A DNA stretch of 64,000 bases from contig OZ038378.1 of the NCBI GenBank assembly GCA_964036045.1, positions 7,998,001-8,062,000 on the forward strand, read 5' to 3'. Position 1 is the stretch's first letter; every line of letters begins with the position of its first letter. Below the pieces are notes generated by a model that ran no database searches, had not been told where the DNA came from, and worked only from the letters and a program-made list of their open reading frames with translations. Source of the DNA: Eutreptiella sp. 'Long Island Sound 2002' (lineage: Eukaryota; Protista; Euglenida). Positions 1 through 10,260 of the stretch are shown here, piece after piece. The position numbers and the translations under genes are program-made.

Positions 1-2648
1 TGGCCATAAAAATGGCGATGGGTCGGCATCTCGTGAGGTGAATTCTCAGGCATAGAAGGCATTAGTGCAGGCTTTGTCGACGGAGGCGCCATCAGGAGTC
101 CACACAAATCGTCATTGTGTCCCTTGGCCGTAAGCAAGGCAATGGGTGCTACCCTCCATCTTCTCACTGAAAAACATCTCATGTGTCATGACTGCATCAT
201 CTAGGCATCTAGATACCAAATGCATAGTATCACCCATGTATGTGTATCACAAGGATTTCGTAAAGCGTCGCCATTTTGATTAAAACCGTGAGCGACACGA
301 ATAACCTGCATGGTAATGGCTTTGTGCAACCAAAGGGTCTTGTACACGTAGAATGCCCGGGAGGGTTGTGCATTGTGGGGCTGGGGAGAGAAGACAGCCA
401 TGAAGATGTCGGTTGCAGCCAAGGTGAACACAGAGACACAGGGTTTCCTTTTCATTTGCTTCGATGGGATTTCAAAAAGGGCCGACCAGTGGAGCAGGGT
501 GCATACCAACCTCGCCCAAACAACCTCATAACCACGAAACACTGAAACTCACCATCTACAGGTCAAACTTTGCACCTAAAAATCACAGAGCACTCCTGAA
601 ATACGTCCAATCTAATCTGTAAACATGGCCCTTGCACTCACTATTTGGAGTCATATAGGGGCTGTCTTGAAGGAAAAAGCCAGAGAGGGAAATCAACTGG
701 GCATGTCTATGTCACAAACATTTCACTGCATCTGCTTGTCCACAAGCCTGGTAAAGATAGGTATCGCCATCTTCCTCATCAGGCTTTCGTGGAAAAGTCA
801 GGTTTGAGTTGCAGTGCACTTCCCTGGAGATGGAGACGCTATCATCTGGAGACTGTTCCGTTGGGGCATTGTAGACACCCCATGCATCGCTGAGGACTGT
901 GCACGGTGTGTTGGGGGGGTGGCTGGTATTAAATTGCTTGCCCCTATTCCTATTCGTTCTTCAGAGGGGGCATTGCATGCGTTGCGGACACACTATGTGC
1001 GAACCTTGTTTTCCATACCACCATTCGGAAATCCATCATAAGGCAAGTTTGAGCAACTGAGTGATTCCCATTTGTTCCACATTTCTTCATTTTGCAGATG
1101 GAGGGGGTTTCAACAATGGAGACTCACTATGGACCAGGGCCTCGTCGGCCCTTCCTTCCACACATTGCGTGACATGGAATGCTTTGGGATCTGGGGCATG
1201 GAGGGATCCCCACCCCATTGGGAAATTGAGGAGCGCAGAAAGAAAAAAAAAGGACTGGTTTTAGATCAGGGGGATGTTGCAGGGGCCACAATTTCGAGAA
1301 CCTGGGACCGAATGGAATCAAATTAATCAATCAGCCCATTACAGTCACCAGGGTGACAGCCTCCTGGGAGCCCTCAAGAGCGGACAGCACGACTACCCCT
1401 CCCCCATCCTGCAGACACTTTCCGACGCATAGCCCCTTCAGACCATGTGCAGTTGCATTCCACGGGCCGTGATTTGCAAACACCTGCATTGCATGGCGTT
1501 TCATACTGCGTGCCTTTCCACTTGCGGGAGGTTCCAGGATCTGTGCTGAAAGTGGTGTGCCGAGTTCATGCAGGGCAAACACCCCGTGCAAGTGCACGGT
1601 AGCCCGAGCAAAGCTAAATCAAGCAGTCCTTCCTGTGACATTCCGTCCCACACGCGCCGTTCATTAGTGAAGCAGCAGCGCGAAAGCGCAATCTATTGGG
1701 GTCCTAATCGTTGGATCAGCAGGTCGTTGGACTCAGAGCTTCCCCGTTCATCTTACTGGGCCGTCTTTTTTTGCACACAACCATAGAGATGCAGAATACC
1801 TCAAACCAAATCTCCTGCATGCTCAGGCACACTCTCACAAGTGGGTTCATGTCACCAAAACGAGCATGAGGAAGGTCATAGGAAGGTCGCCGCACGACCT
1901 CAACCGGGTGCCTAGCCCCCGAACACTCTGCAGTCAGCCCTCAGACGTGGAAGAGTATCCAGCAGTATGTATCACAGACAGCAATGCTTGCACCAACACC
2001 CCACTGAGCTCACCCTACAGCCCAAGCCAAACACAGCCCATGCGGTCACAGGCTCGGCAGCGGTAGAAAGGATGGAATGCAAACGGTTTCAAACCTGCTG
2101 CACCGCATGCTTGGCATGGTGGCAGGCCGTCCCTAAGAGCCTTCCCATTTGGGACAAATTGCCATCCCCCAGCCCCAACCCCATCCCATATCCGGTGACC
2201 CTCTGCGCCGAGTACAACCCCTGCAGATTCCTGTCTGTTATGACTATACCCGGCACCAATCCCACACATAGCCCAGCCTGTGCAGGGCTGCCCATAAGCA
2301 AGGTTACAAATCCATTCACCTCTTGTGCACAAAGAACGAATCGCAGACTCCAATTTCTGGCAGCAAGGTCGAACCTTCTTAGGCCCATTGTTGCTTGCAA
2401 TTCTGCCGACGCCCTGCAGATGCTCCCTTACTCGATGTCTTTTAGTCGCAAACAATGACAGTATCTGAACAGTACAAGGATGAAGGTCGCAGGTGATGCA
2501 GGCTGTGCAGTGGGTGCTAACTACCAAGCGGTCTGCGATGGGGCCTTGCTTTCTGCTGATGCCCGTCTCACTCTTTTCGTCCTCCTGACGACACACGTGT
2601 GCAGATCTGCCTAGTGCACTTAAGACTCTGACTTGCACCCTTGGACAC

Positions 2649-5231
2649 TCACTTACTGATTGCACCAGACAGCACCAACGGCTGCAATTCAGCCAACTGT
2701 GCAATGTAATGGTGCATCTGCACTTTCTTCACATCCCCAGGAGCGGTGCTGGACAGAAGGTATGCTGCACTGCAAATTTCGCTCACACGCTCTCTGACAC
2801 CTTTGTTCGGTTGCAGGTTCGCCACGCCCTGGCAGGTGTTGAGCCAGTTCAATGCATGGTGCACACGAGCCTCGCTTGGCTGCCCGGCAGCTTCACCTTC
2901 CAGACTCAGCAGCCTCAACACATTGTTCAGGACACCGATCTGCAAGACAAACAGAGCCCCAGCACTTGCACTCTCCAGCGTCAAATCCCACGGGAGGCTG
3001 CGAACGTCCGAAAGCTTGCAGATCACCTCCTCTTGGAATGGAGTGCGGGCCACCACCGTATGGGTGTACTCGGCGAAACCCCCTGCCATATTATGACCCA
3101 TCGAATGAGTCCCAGCCCCGCCTTCACGCAGTGTGTTGCAGTGGGTCTGAGACAACAGACAAGCCCAGGCGCTACCGTATTGCTGTGTGGGGACCGCAGC
3201 AGCTGGCAAATGGACCCTGAGAACTTGCGAGTGCGACGAAGGAGTTGCCTGGCCCCATTGATGCAAGCACATGGGAGTACCGGCGAATTGCCTCTCGTTG
3301 CTTGCACCGAGAAGAGCGCACAGAGGGTCCGATGAAGCGGGTGTCGCACTGGATTTGCCTTGCACTTTTGATGACACGCCCATGGGCTGCACCTGAAACA
3401 TCGCCAGCATGTCGAGTGTGTCGGTCCGCAGAGGGAACTGCACTGGACTTCCCTCTGAAGGAGTGTACACCAGACTGACCGTAAGGTGCCACCGAGACTG
3501 ACCGACCTCCAGGGCGCGGAGGGGGAGGGCCCACTCCTGCTGATCGCCCGCAGCCAGCGCCAGGGGCACAGTGCATGACAGGAGGCGCTCCAGCGGGGGC
3601 GTGGCACCCGCCTCCACGTACAGCCCCCGCGGACCGCCCGGCTCGCGCTGCGACCGTGACAACGCATCTGCAGTGCACACTATCGTCACGGCCCAGAACT
3701 CACACGTGAAGTCGAAGGCCGTGCGGTTGCGCACCCGCACTTGCAATTGAAACGGCAGGACTGCCAGCGGCCCATCGAACGTGGAAACGGCGTCAAGCGC
3801 CCCAAAGGCAACGTCGGCCCCGAAGGTGGATGGCACTCCTTCGGGGGGGCTGACGCGGAACGTGCACTGCAGCATTTGCGGCAGGTCGTTGCTGTGCGTC
3901 CGCCACATGTGGAGAGCGGCGCTCAGCTGCCGCAGATCGGACATCACCCGCCCCTTCTGCGCGCGCACCTTCTGCGTCTCGGCGTCCAGGGCCCGGATGT
4001 TGTGCAGCAACGCGCGCACCTCCCGCTCGGCACTGGGGATCTCCGCGACCCGCAGGGCGCAGGCGGGCACGTCGGCGAGGGGGAGGTCGAGCAAGTCCCC
4101 GGCCGCATCGCCGAGCACGACCACATCGCCGTGCGGGCCCTTGACCGCCGCGACGGCGGTCCATTCCTCATATCCGGTGGAGCATTGCCGGGGGATCAGG
4201 ACGTCCGCCACGTCGGCGGCGCTGTCTTCGGTCAGGACCGGGGCATCGGCCACCGCCGGGGCCAAGGGCTGGGCGGACAAGTGCGCGCGGTGCTGCTGCA
4301 GCGGGACATGGTAGAGGGCGTTCTGGTGGACCGTGAGCAGGGCATCGCCGCGGCACACCGCCGCCGCCACGGGCACGGGCAGGTGGTACCGGCGGTGGTG
4401 GAAGGCGGTCTGCAGGAGGACGTCCCCGGCGCTCGTGACGTACACCAACGCGTGGCCGTCCCCTTCCGACCGCATCGCCGGGGGCAGCGAGGGCGGCGTG
4501 GGGAACTGCAGGCGGGCCTGCCCCAGCGCGAGGACGGCCCCGTCCATCCGCGCGACGCAGGGCGCCGCCCCCTGCGCGGGGGGCGCCGCGCCCGGCAGAG
4601 GCACCGCCAGCACACGGCCCCGCGTGGTACCCACCATCACGAGGTCCTGCCTGGCGCACAGCCCCCCCCCGAAGAGGGACGCGTGCAGAAGGGGAGGGAG
4701 GGCGCCGTCCCCCCCGATGAACGCGCCGGCGGAGGGCACTTCGTCCGCCCCCAAACGGTCGCACTCGATGGACTGGAGGAGGGCCCCCTCGCGCCGATCG
4801 CCGTGCAGTCGGATGCACGTGACCACCAGTCGCCCCGCGTCGAGGCCAATGGCCACGGGGCCCTGCGGTGCCCCGCAAAGGCAGTGGGTGACACCCGCCA
4901 AAGGCGTCGGCTTGAGCCTCAGGGCCTGCGCGTCTTGGACGACCACCACCTTGAACTCGGACTGCAGGTCACCAATGCCGATGCCTCCGCCATCTTGTGC
5001 CGCCGGACTTTTCCGTTTCTTTGCCGGGGGGCGCTCTTGCGCAGGACACAAAACGAACACCCGCTGCGACGAGCAGACGGCAACGAGATCGTTTGTCGGT
5101 GTAAAGGTGAAGCACAGGACGGGATCAGGAAACTGATAGACCTCCTGGACCACAAGACCATGGTACACGTGGATTACGTCAGGGAGCGACAGAAAGGCGA
5201 TCACATCCTCTCTCTGGTTGCACACAATCAT
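2649..5231 (-). CDS. FAAP100: Fanconi anemia core complex-associated protein 100-like (single exon, ~860 aa)
   Basis: Uninterrupted ORF; first ATG at 5231 (track starts at GTG 5237). Propeller-like N-half, then motifs matching my recollection of human FAAP100: RRYHLPVPVAAAVC vs REYCLPGPVLCAAC; coiled coil SAEREVRALLHNIRALDAETQKVRAQ vs SAGQKIKELLSGIGNISERVSFLKKA; VRNRTAFDFTCEFWAVTI...CTVPLALAAGDQQEWALPL vs LENSSSFSLDQGWTLCI...YTIPVDQLGPGARREVTLPL. FANCB-like is the alternative. Candidate acceptor TTTCAG ends at 5264. Confidence 0.78.
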   Translation of the reverse strand: MIVCNQREDVIAFLSLPDVIHVYHGLVVQEVYQFPDPVLCFTFTPTNDLVAVCSSQRVFVLCPAQERPPAKKRKSPAAQDGGGIGIGDLQSEFKVVVVQDAQALRLKPTPLAGVTHCLCGAPQGPVAIGLDAGRLVVTCIRLHGDRREGALLQSIECDRLGADEVPSAGAFIGGDGALPPLLHASLFGGGLCARQDLVMVGTTRGRVLAVPLPGAAPPAQGAAPCVARMDGAVLALGQARLQFPTPPSLPPAMRSEGDGHALVYVTSAGDVLLQTAFHHRRYHLPVPVAAAVCRGDALLTVHQNALYHVPLQQHRAHLSAQPLAPAVADAPVLTEDSAADVADVLIPRQCSTGYEEWTAVAAVKGPHGDVVVLGDAAGDLLDLPLADVPACALRVAEIPSAEREVRALLHNIRALDAETQKVRAQKGRVMSDLRQLSAALHMWRTHSNDLPQMLQCTFRVSPPEGVPSTFGADVAFGALDAVSTFDGPLAVLPFQLQVRVRNRTAFDFTCEFWAVTIVCTADALSRSQREPGGPRGLYVEAGATPPLERLLSCTVPLALAAGDQQEWALPLRALEVGQSRWHLTVSLVYTPSEGSPVQFPLRTDTLDMLAMFQVQPMGVSSKVQGKSSATPASSDPLCALLGASNERQFAGTPMCLHQWGQATPSSHSQVLRVHLPAAAVPTQQYGSAWACLLSQTHCNTLREGGAGTHSMGHNMAGGFAEYTHTVVARTPFQEEVICKLSDVRSLPWDLTLESASAGALFVLQIGVLNNVLRLLSLEGEAAGQPSEARVHHALNWLNTCQGVANLQPNKGVRERVSEICSAAYLLSSTAPGDVKKVQMHHYIAQLAELQPLVLSGAISK

Positions 5232-5272
5232 GTGCACTCCTGTTCATCAAGTGTGCGTATGACCTGAAACAG

Positions 5273-5298
5273 CAGAAACAGTGGACACTGAGAAAGTG
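5273..5298 (-). other. Degenerate spliced-leader relic upstream of the FAAP100-like gene
   Basis: Minus strand reads CACTTTCTCAGTGTCCACTGTTTCTG vs SL CACTTTCTGAGTGTCTATTTTTTTTCG; about 40 nt upstream of the ATG, same strand. Confidence 0.7.
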
Positions 5299-6409
5299 CT
5301 GTTGGACACGAAAGGGGGGGGGAGGCGGGGGGGGGGTCCCTGGGCACCCCGTAGCACAGTAGTCGGCTGGGCACAACGGTTCGCTCATCCCCCCCCAAGG
5401 GATAGTCCAGGGAATGGCGTGGTAAGAATTCATCTCGGGAGGAGCAATCCATTCCATCATGCGCCGAAGCACCTGGCAACTCGGCGCAAAGCAATGTCCA
5501 ACTTGCATGCCAGGCCTGCTTTCAACAGTCCAAAGTGAACCGAAATTGCAAACTTGCAACTGACACAAAACCAAACATGGTAACCCCCCCCCACACACAC
5601 ACACACTTGCGAGAGCAACCGTAAAATTCCAAAATTTGATAGAAACAACACCTAGCGCTGCTCTGACAAGGGCGATGTCCGCATGAGCCGTGAGAAAACA
5701 CAAGCAGTGATCATTGCATCATGAACGTACTGGCCGTCAGGTGATTCCCCAATCTGCACCTCCAAAGGGGTGAAATGCGTTGGGAGGACAGCCAACCAAC
5801 AACCTACTTGGCGGAGCAACCCCCCTCAAAAGGGCTCCAGTGACAGGGGCCCTTGCCCTCGCCGACTCACCAGCAGGGGCTGTCACGGGGTTCAGGGATG
5901 AGTGGTTGCTGTAAACACGAATTAAGTGTGGGCGGTTGGTATTTCCGGATGTACGCACTGGTTTGAGTTATCAGAAATAATGTGTTCGCATCGCTTGTCC
6001 CAAGCCGGGAGGGGGCAATGAATCCTGCACCATGCACAAAAATACCAGTAACACCATCAGCAATGTTCAGATTTAGGTGAACGAGCCTACTTTTGGCTTT
6101 TCACGCCGACTTAACCAAGTGCGGGCCAGGCAAATCCATTGCCATAAGAAACACAAAACACATGCACTGCGCGTCCAAGTTAGCGCAGCATGCGTCCGGT
6201 GCTGCTGAATACATTTGCAATGCCTTGGTGACGTTGATTGGAGAGTGCAGCACCTTCAGCACACCCGTTTGAGCCGGCCCTGCGAGTTACCACTGTCACT
6301 GTTACTTCAGTCCCAGCCCTTGAACAGCGCGCGTCTCCAACTCCGGATCCCCTCCCAAGTCTGAATCCCCATCCCAATCCTCTGGCAGTTCCTCTGTTTC
6401 ATACAGCCC

Positions 6410-6680
6410 AAGGGGGGCGGGACACCCAACCATGTCCGAGAACTTTTGGGGGTCCCAGGGGGGTGGGGTTGAGTGGGTCGGCCGGTCAGCTGCCAGGGTC
6501 CCGGGGGGGGGGAGTGGGCACTCTAACATACATACCTCAAAATGATCCACATGACACGCTGATCATTTGGAACATACACAAAAGGGGTAAATTTGTTTTA
6601 AAAAAAACATTTGCCCATCAGCTCAGGCTCCCATCAGCCAAGGTCCGGAGGTTGGCTCAGAGGTTTAAACTTTTTTGTGT
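6410..6680. repeat. Interspersed repeat (family with core ACACGCTGATCATTT)
   Basis: Core CCTCAAAATGATCCACATGACACGCTGATCATTT resembles 44725-44765 (CTCAAAGTAATACCCACGACGCGCTGATCATTTT) and, more weakly, 61310-61350. Confidence 0.5.
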
Positions 6681-7599
6681 GCTTTTCACCCATTGTTGAA
6701 TGCTCCACAAAGTTCTGAAAACAGGGTGGTTCAATGCACTTGTGGAGCCCCTGAAAGGGGGTGCTTGGAAAGGGCCTTCATTGTCTGGGCCATATATCAG
6801 GCACCTGAAATTCTGTGCCAAAGGTGCCGAAAATGTTTCCGGCGATCAAAATGCAGGGAAATATTGTGATTAAACATAAGGCACAGGTTAAGGGAACATA
6901 GTACGCCAGAATGTTCCTTGTGGACAACAGGAGTTTTTGCTGTTGCGGAAAGGCAGAGGAGGAGTCAAGCTCTCTTGACGGCACCTCACTGCTGTACCTT
7001 TTACACATGCGATTCAGGTGGTGGGGGTCTTGGGGGGCCCAACCAAAAACTCATTGGGAGATACTTTTATTGGACAAAACCATGATTTTCCAAGGGGGTA
7101 GACCATGAACTCAACCCCTTTGGGGATGGTTCGCGAATAGGCCCAAAGGGGGATATGTGGCATTTCTCCAAGATATGTGAGCCCGCCTGGTTTCGACCTA
7201 ACACCTCGGTGAGGTGATTCTACTGTAGGGGGGGGGGGGGGGTGCGCTGCGTGCCCCTTCACGGCATTGGTCCACAAAACCAACCCCAAATGTTCAAACC
7301 TCAGGGACAGCCGCCAACATCAAAGTGACCTGTCATGCAATCTACTGCAAAATAAGGCATGCCCTTGGCACGAAACGATCCTGGTGCCCTGTGCCTGATG
7401 GCCAGTGCACAGACTCAGTTTCGAGTGCCTTAGGCTGAAGTACTTCATGCACAAAATAAAAAAAATGTTCCGGCGCCTTCGCCGCCAACCTTCGAGTATG
7501 CTGGAGGCCTTCACCTAGGCACACTACCTTTGGGCCAACGGGTGAAAGACTAGTATAGCCTTGGGTCAGTCGAGGCATGTCCCAGCCCTGCGTGCATCA

Positions 7600-8250
7600 T
7601 GGTGGCGATCTGTAGGAAAACATTGGGCAAGGCTAATTGAAAGTACCCGGTATTCGACGGCGGAGCCATTCACAGTAGATTCAGATCCTTGGAAAGAGAT
7701 GACATCCAATCCAGACCATCGATTCAGAATGGTTACCTTATATAATTCATTACCGCATATAAAATACACGGAGCATCGATGCTGCTGTGGCCGTACACCC
7801 TGCGCGGCATGGCCCCATTGTTGCATCAGTTGCAACACAGACTTGTGAATGCCACAGCTAAAGTCGACCAAAATTTGAAGTTTGCTGCACAACATCACAC
7901 TGGATTCCAACCAGAGCACCCACCAAACACCACTGGCCAGTGTTCTGTCTACTAAGAGCATGACTTGAAGGGTCATACCATCATAATGGAATGGCTAAAC
8001 ACCCACGGCAGAAATGCCATGCCATCCTTCAAATCCTGGCAAAGCTGCACCATCAGAAAAGGATAGCGCACCCACTTGCCTTATTCCCATTATCCGTGGC
8101 AACCCGTGGCACCCCACCACTTGCCACCAAACAAGGAGACACTGCACGGCAGAAACCAGTTACCCCATATCCAACCCAGAACATGCACTGTCGGTGCCAA
8201 CTCGGGAGCAATCTGGAAGCACTCAGCAAAGCCATCGTTGGGCTGGTGCT
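7600..8250 (-). pseudogene. Possible non-LTR retrotransposon reverse transcriptase relic
   Basis: Ordered weak motifs across stops: MGIRQVGALS (cf. GIRQGxxLSP), GMTLQVMLLVDRTL (cf. LxYxDD), YFICGNELYKV. Highly decayed. Confidence 0.35.
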
Positions 8251-8482
8251 TGGTTTATGAGGGGATGGTGCAGCTGTTCATCCTGCGAACCCACTTTCAA
8301 GACAGGCAACATTGCGATGCATCTCTCTGGACAATGCCCAGCGCCCCTGCCACTGTGCTGATGGCGGCGACGGGATGCTGATGCATCGTTGCAACGACAT
8401 TTCACTTTTCAGGCATGAGCAATGCTGTGGCACGAGGGACCCCTAAGGCGTCTGAAATGCCAATGTTCATAGAAACCGGGTA

Positions 8483-9265
8483 TCAAGGGTAGACCCACTT
8501 GAAGCTGCTATCCTTTGTCTCCTCAATGATTGCATCAAAATCGCCTTCTCCCCGAAGTTTCGGTTCCCAAGCATCCAGTATTTGGCGCTTCACCATCTGC
8601 ACATGGGCATTCTTCTCCATCTCGCCCATCCACGCACACAACTTTGGTCTGCCATGGAACACATCCGGCCACCTAAACGCGAGGGGCAGCATCATGACAA
8701 AGAAAACAAACGTGGGGTAAAGGGTCAAGTCAGCGAGAGTCATGGCGGATCCCACAAAGTAGGGCCCCCACATCAATCCCTCAAGGATGTCAAGCTGCTT
8801 CCACAATTCGGCCAATTTGGCGGCGCGGGCGGGCCGAGGGATGGTACGCTCCTTCGGGGTGAAGTGTGACTCAGTGGGACCCAAATACATGCACCCCTGC
8901 GTGTGGGTAAACCCAGGCTGTGTGCAATTGGGAGAGGCGATGTACACGTCGTGAACTCGAATGACCATCTCCATGTGCGCTCGGTCTTCAGGGGAATCTG
9001 GGCGCAGAGAAGGTGACAGTCCTTTGTACTTGTCTTCGAGGTATGACAAGATGACGGATGACTCGGCAATGGACTGGCCGCTCGGCAGTACAAGAAGGGG
9101 CAACTTGCCCAACGGGTTTAGGGCTTGATATTTAGGGTCCAGTTGTTGCGCGTGCTTTGTCAATTGGACCTCAAAATCGTCTTCTTTCCCTTTAAGATAC
9201 AGCCAAAGGCGGATCCGAGCAGCATTGTTGGAGGTGAATCGATCATAGAACACAGGTTTGGACAT
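8483..9265 (-). CDS. Glutathione S-transferase (single exon, 260 aa)
   Basis: GST N-domain motifs: FYDRFTSNNAARIR, YQALNPLGKLPLL, GQSIAESSVILSYLEDKY; C-domain YFVGSAMTLADLTLYP. ATG at 9265. Confidence 0.95.
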   Translation of the reverse strand: MSKPVFYDRFTSNNAARIRLWLYLKGKEDDFEVQLTKHAQQLDPKYQALNPLGKLPLLVLPSGQSIAESSVILSYLEDKYKGLSPSLRPDSPEDRAHMEMVIRVHDVYIASPNCTQPGFTHTQGCMYLGPTESHFTPKERTIPRPARAAKLAELWKQLDILEGLMWGPYFVGSAMTLADLTLYPTFVFFVMMLPLAFRWPDVFHGRPKLCAWMGEMEKNAHVQMVKRQILDAWEPKLRGEGDFDAIIEETKDSSFKWVYP

Positions 9266-9269
9266 GGGC

Positions 9270-9306
9270 CGAAAATGAGCACACACTCAGAAAGTCTCAG
9301 AAAGTG
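9270..9306 (-). other. Spliced-leader relic with duplicated 5' part, 4 nt upstream of the GST ATG
   Basis: Minus strand: CACTTTCTGAG-ACTTTCTGAGTGTGTGCTCATTTTCG-GCCC-ATG. Confidence 0.85.
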
Positions 9307-10029
9307 CCCAAAGGGGGGTGGGTGGGAGGGATGAACCTTTCATCAGGTACCAGCAACACCACAGTCAATGTTCGGAATGCGATGAATGGGCCTGCAGCGC
9401 GCTGGTGTTGTGTTTGTTAGGGCACGGGGCAATGTAGCAACGGATATTTGGCGACCAAACGCCTCCCTGTCACAGGCAACCTGGTCACAGCATGAAATAT
9501 GGCATTGTCCCGTCAATGTTTCCTCAAAGCCTTAGTGACAGTTATTGGGTTACAGGTTGGTACGCTTTGCTGCAGGCTTGTGGGGCTCAGAGTCCGACCC
9601 CCCCCCCTCCCCCGACCGTTGTGAATGCACATCCCAATGCTCCCAAACCGTAGGCTCGTCAGCAGCTACATATCGAGAACACTGAAGCCCTGGTTGCAAG
9701 TCCAACTTCCCAAACCTTCAAGGAGGGGGCTGCAACAGCCACGTCCATGAACAATGGCAGATTGCTTTGCGCGCACTTCCCAATGCGCGCACTTCCCCAA
9801 TGTGGCCCCCTTGACTGTTTTGCATGAGACTTGCTCTCGCTACAGGGGTGGGTGGACTTTCTCTTCGAAACCCAGTTTTATGCCAAGGAGCACAATCTTT
9901 AAGCCCACGGGTGACCCCTCTTGCCTGTTGGGTTTGTTGAGTTTTTCTTTCCCATGCCCCATGTTTAAAACAACCCCGGCTCCTCCTGGATATCATGCAC
10001 CAACTTGTGCTCCTTGACTGTGTTCAAGG

Positions 10030-10260
10030 CGCTGTCTGCCCCAGCACACGTGCGCTCATCTGCCGCTTCATTCCCCACAATCCCACATGGGATGGGACCC
10101 ACTGAATGGACGCATTGTCGCCCAATAGGGTGCAAACACAATTCTTTCACCGCTGTATGGGCTAGAGGCCCCCTTGATCCGAGCCACCGGTGCCTCTTCC
10201 ACTTTTCACTTTTCCCCATGAGGCCTGCAAACACTAATGCTGAGTTAGTTACCCCCCGCC
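10030..10260 (-). pseudogene. RNase H domain relic, probably from a retrotransposon
   Basis: Reads NSALVFAGLMGKSEKWKRHRWLGSRGPLAH, then IQWVPSHVG / 1-nt frameshift / IVGNEAADE. This matches the RNase HI KWxxxGW and WVxxHxGxxGNExAD motifs. Confidence 0.7.

Noticed and set aside
1-2500. Possible LINE RT or RNase H remnants at the window start
   Set aside because: Only isolated weak motif resemblances in several frames, with no ordered series; probably decayed TE but unsupported.
3741-5267. 508-aa plus-strand ORF and other long ORFs over the FAAP100-like gene
   Set aside because: Antisense or alternative-frame shadows of a GC-rich coding region; no recognisable motifs.
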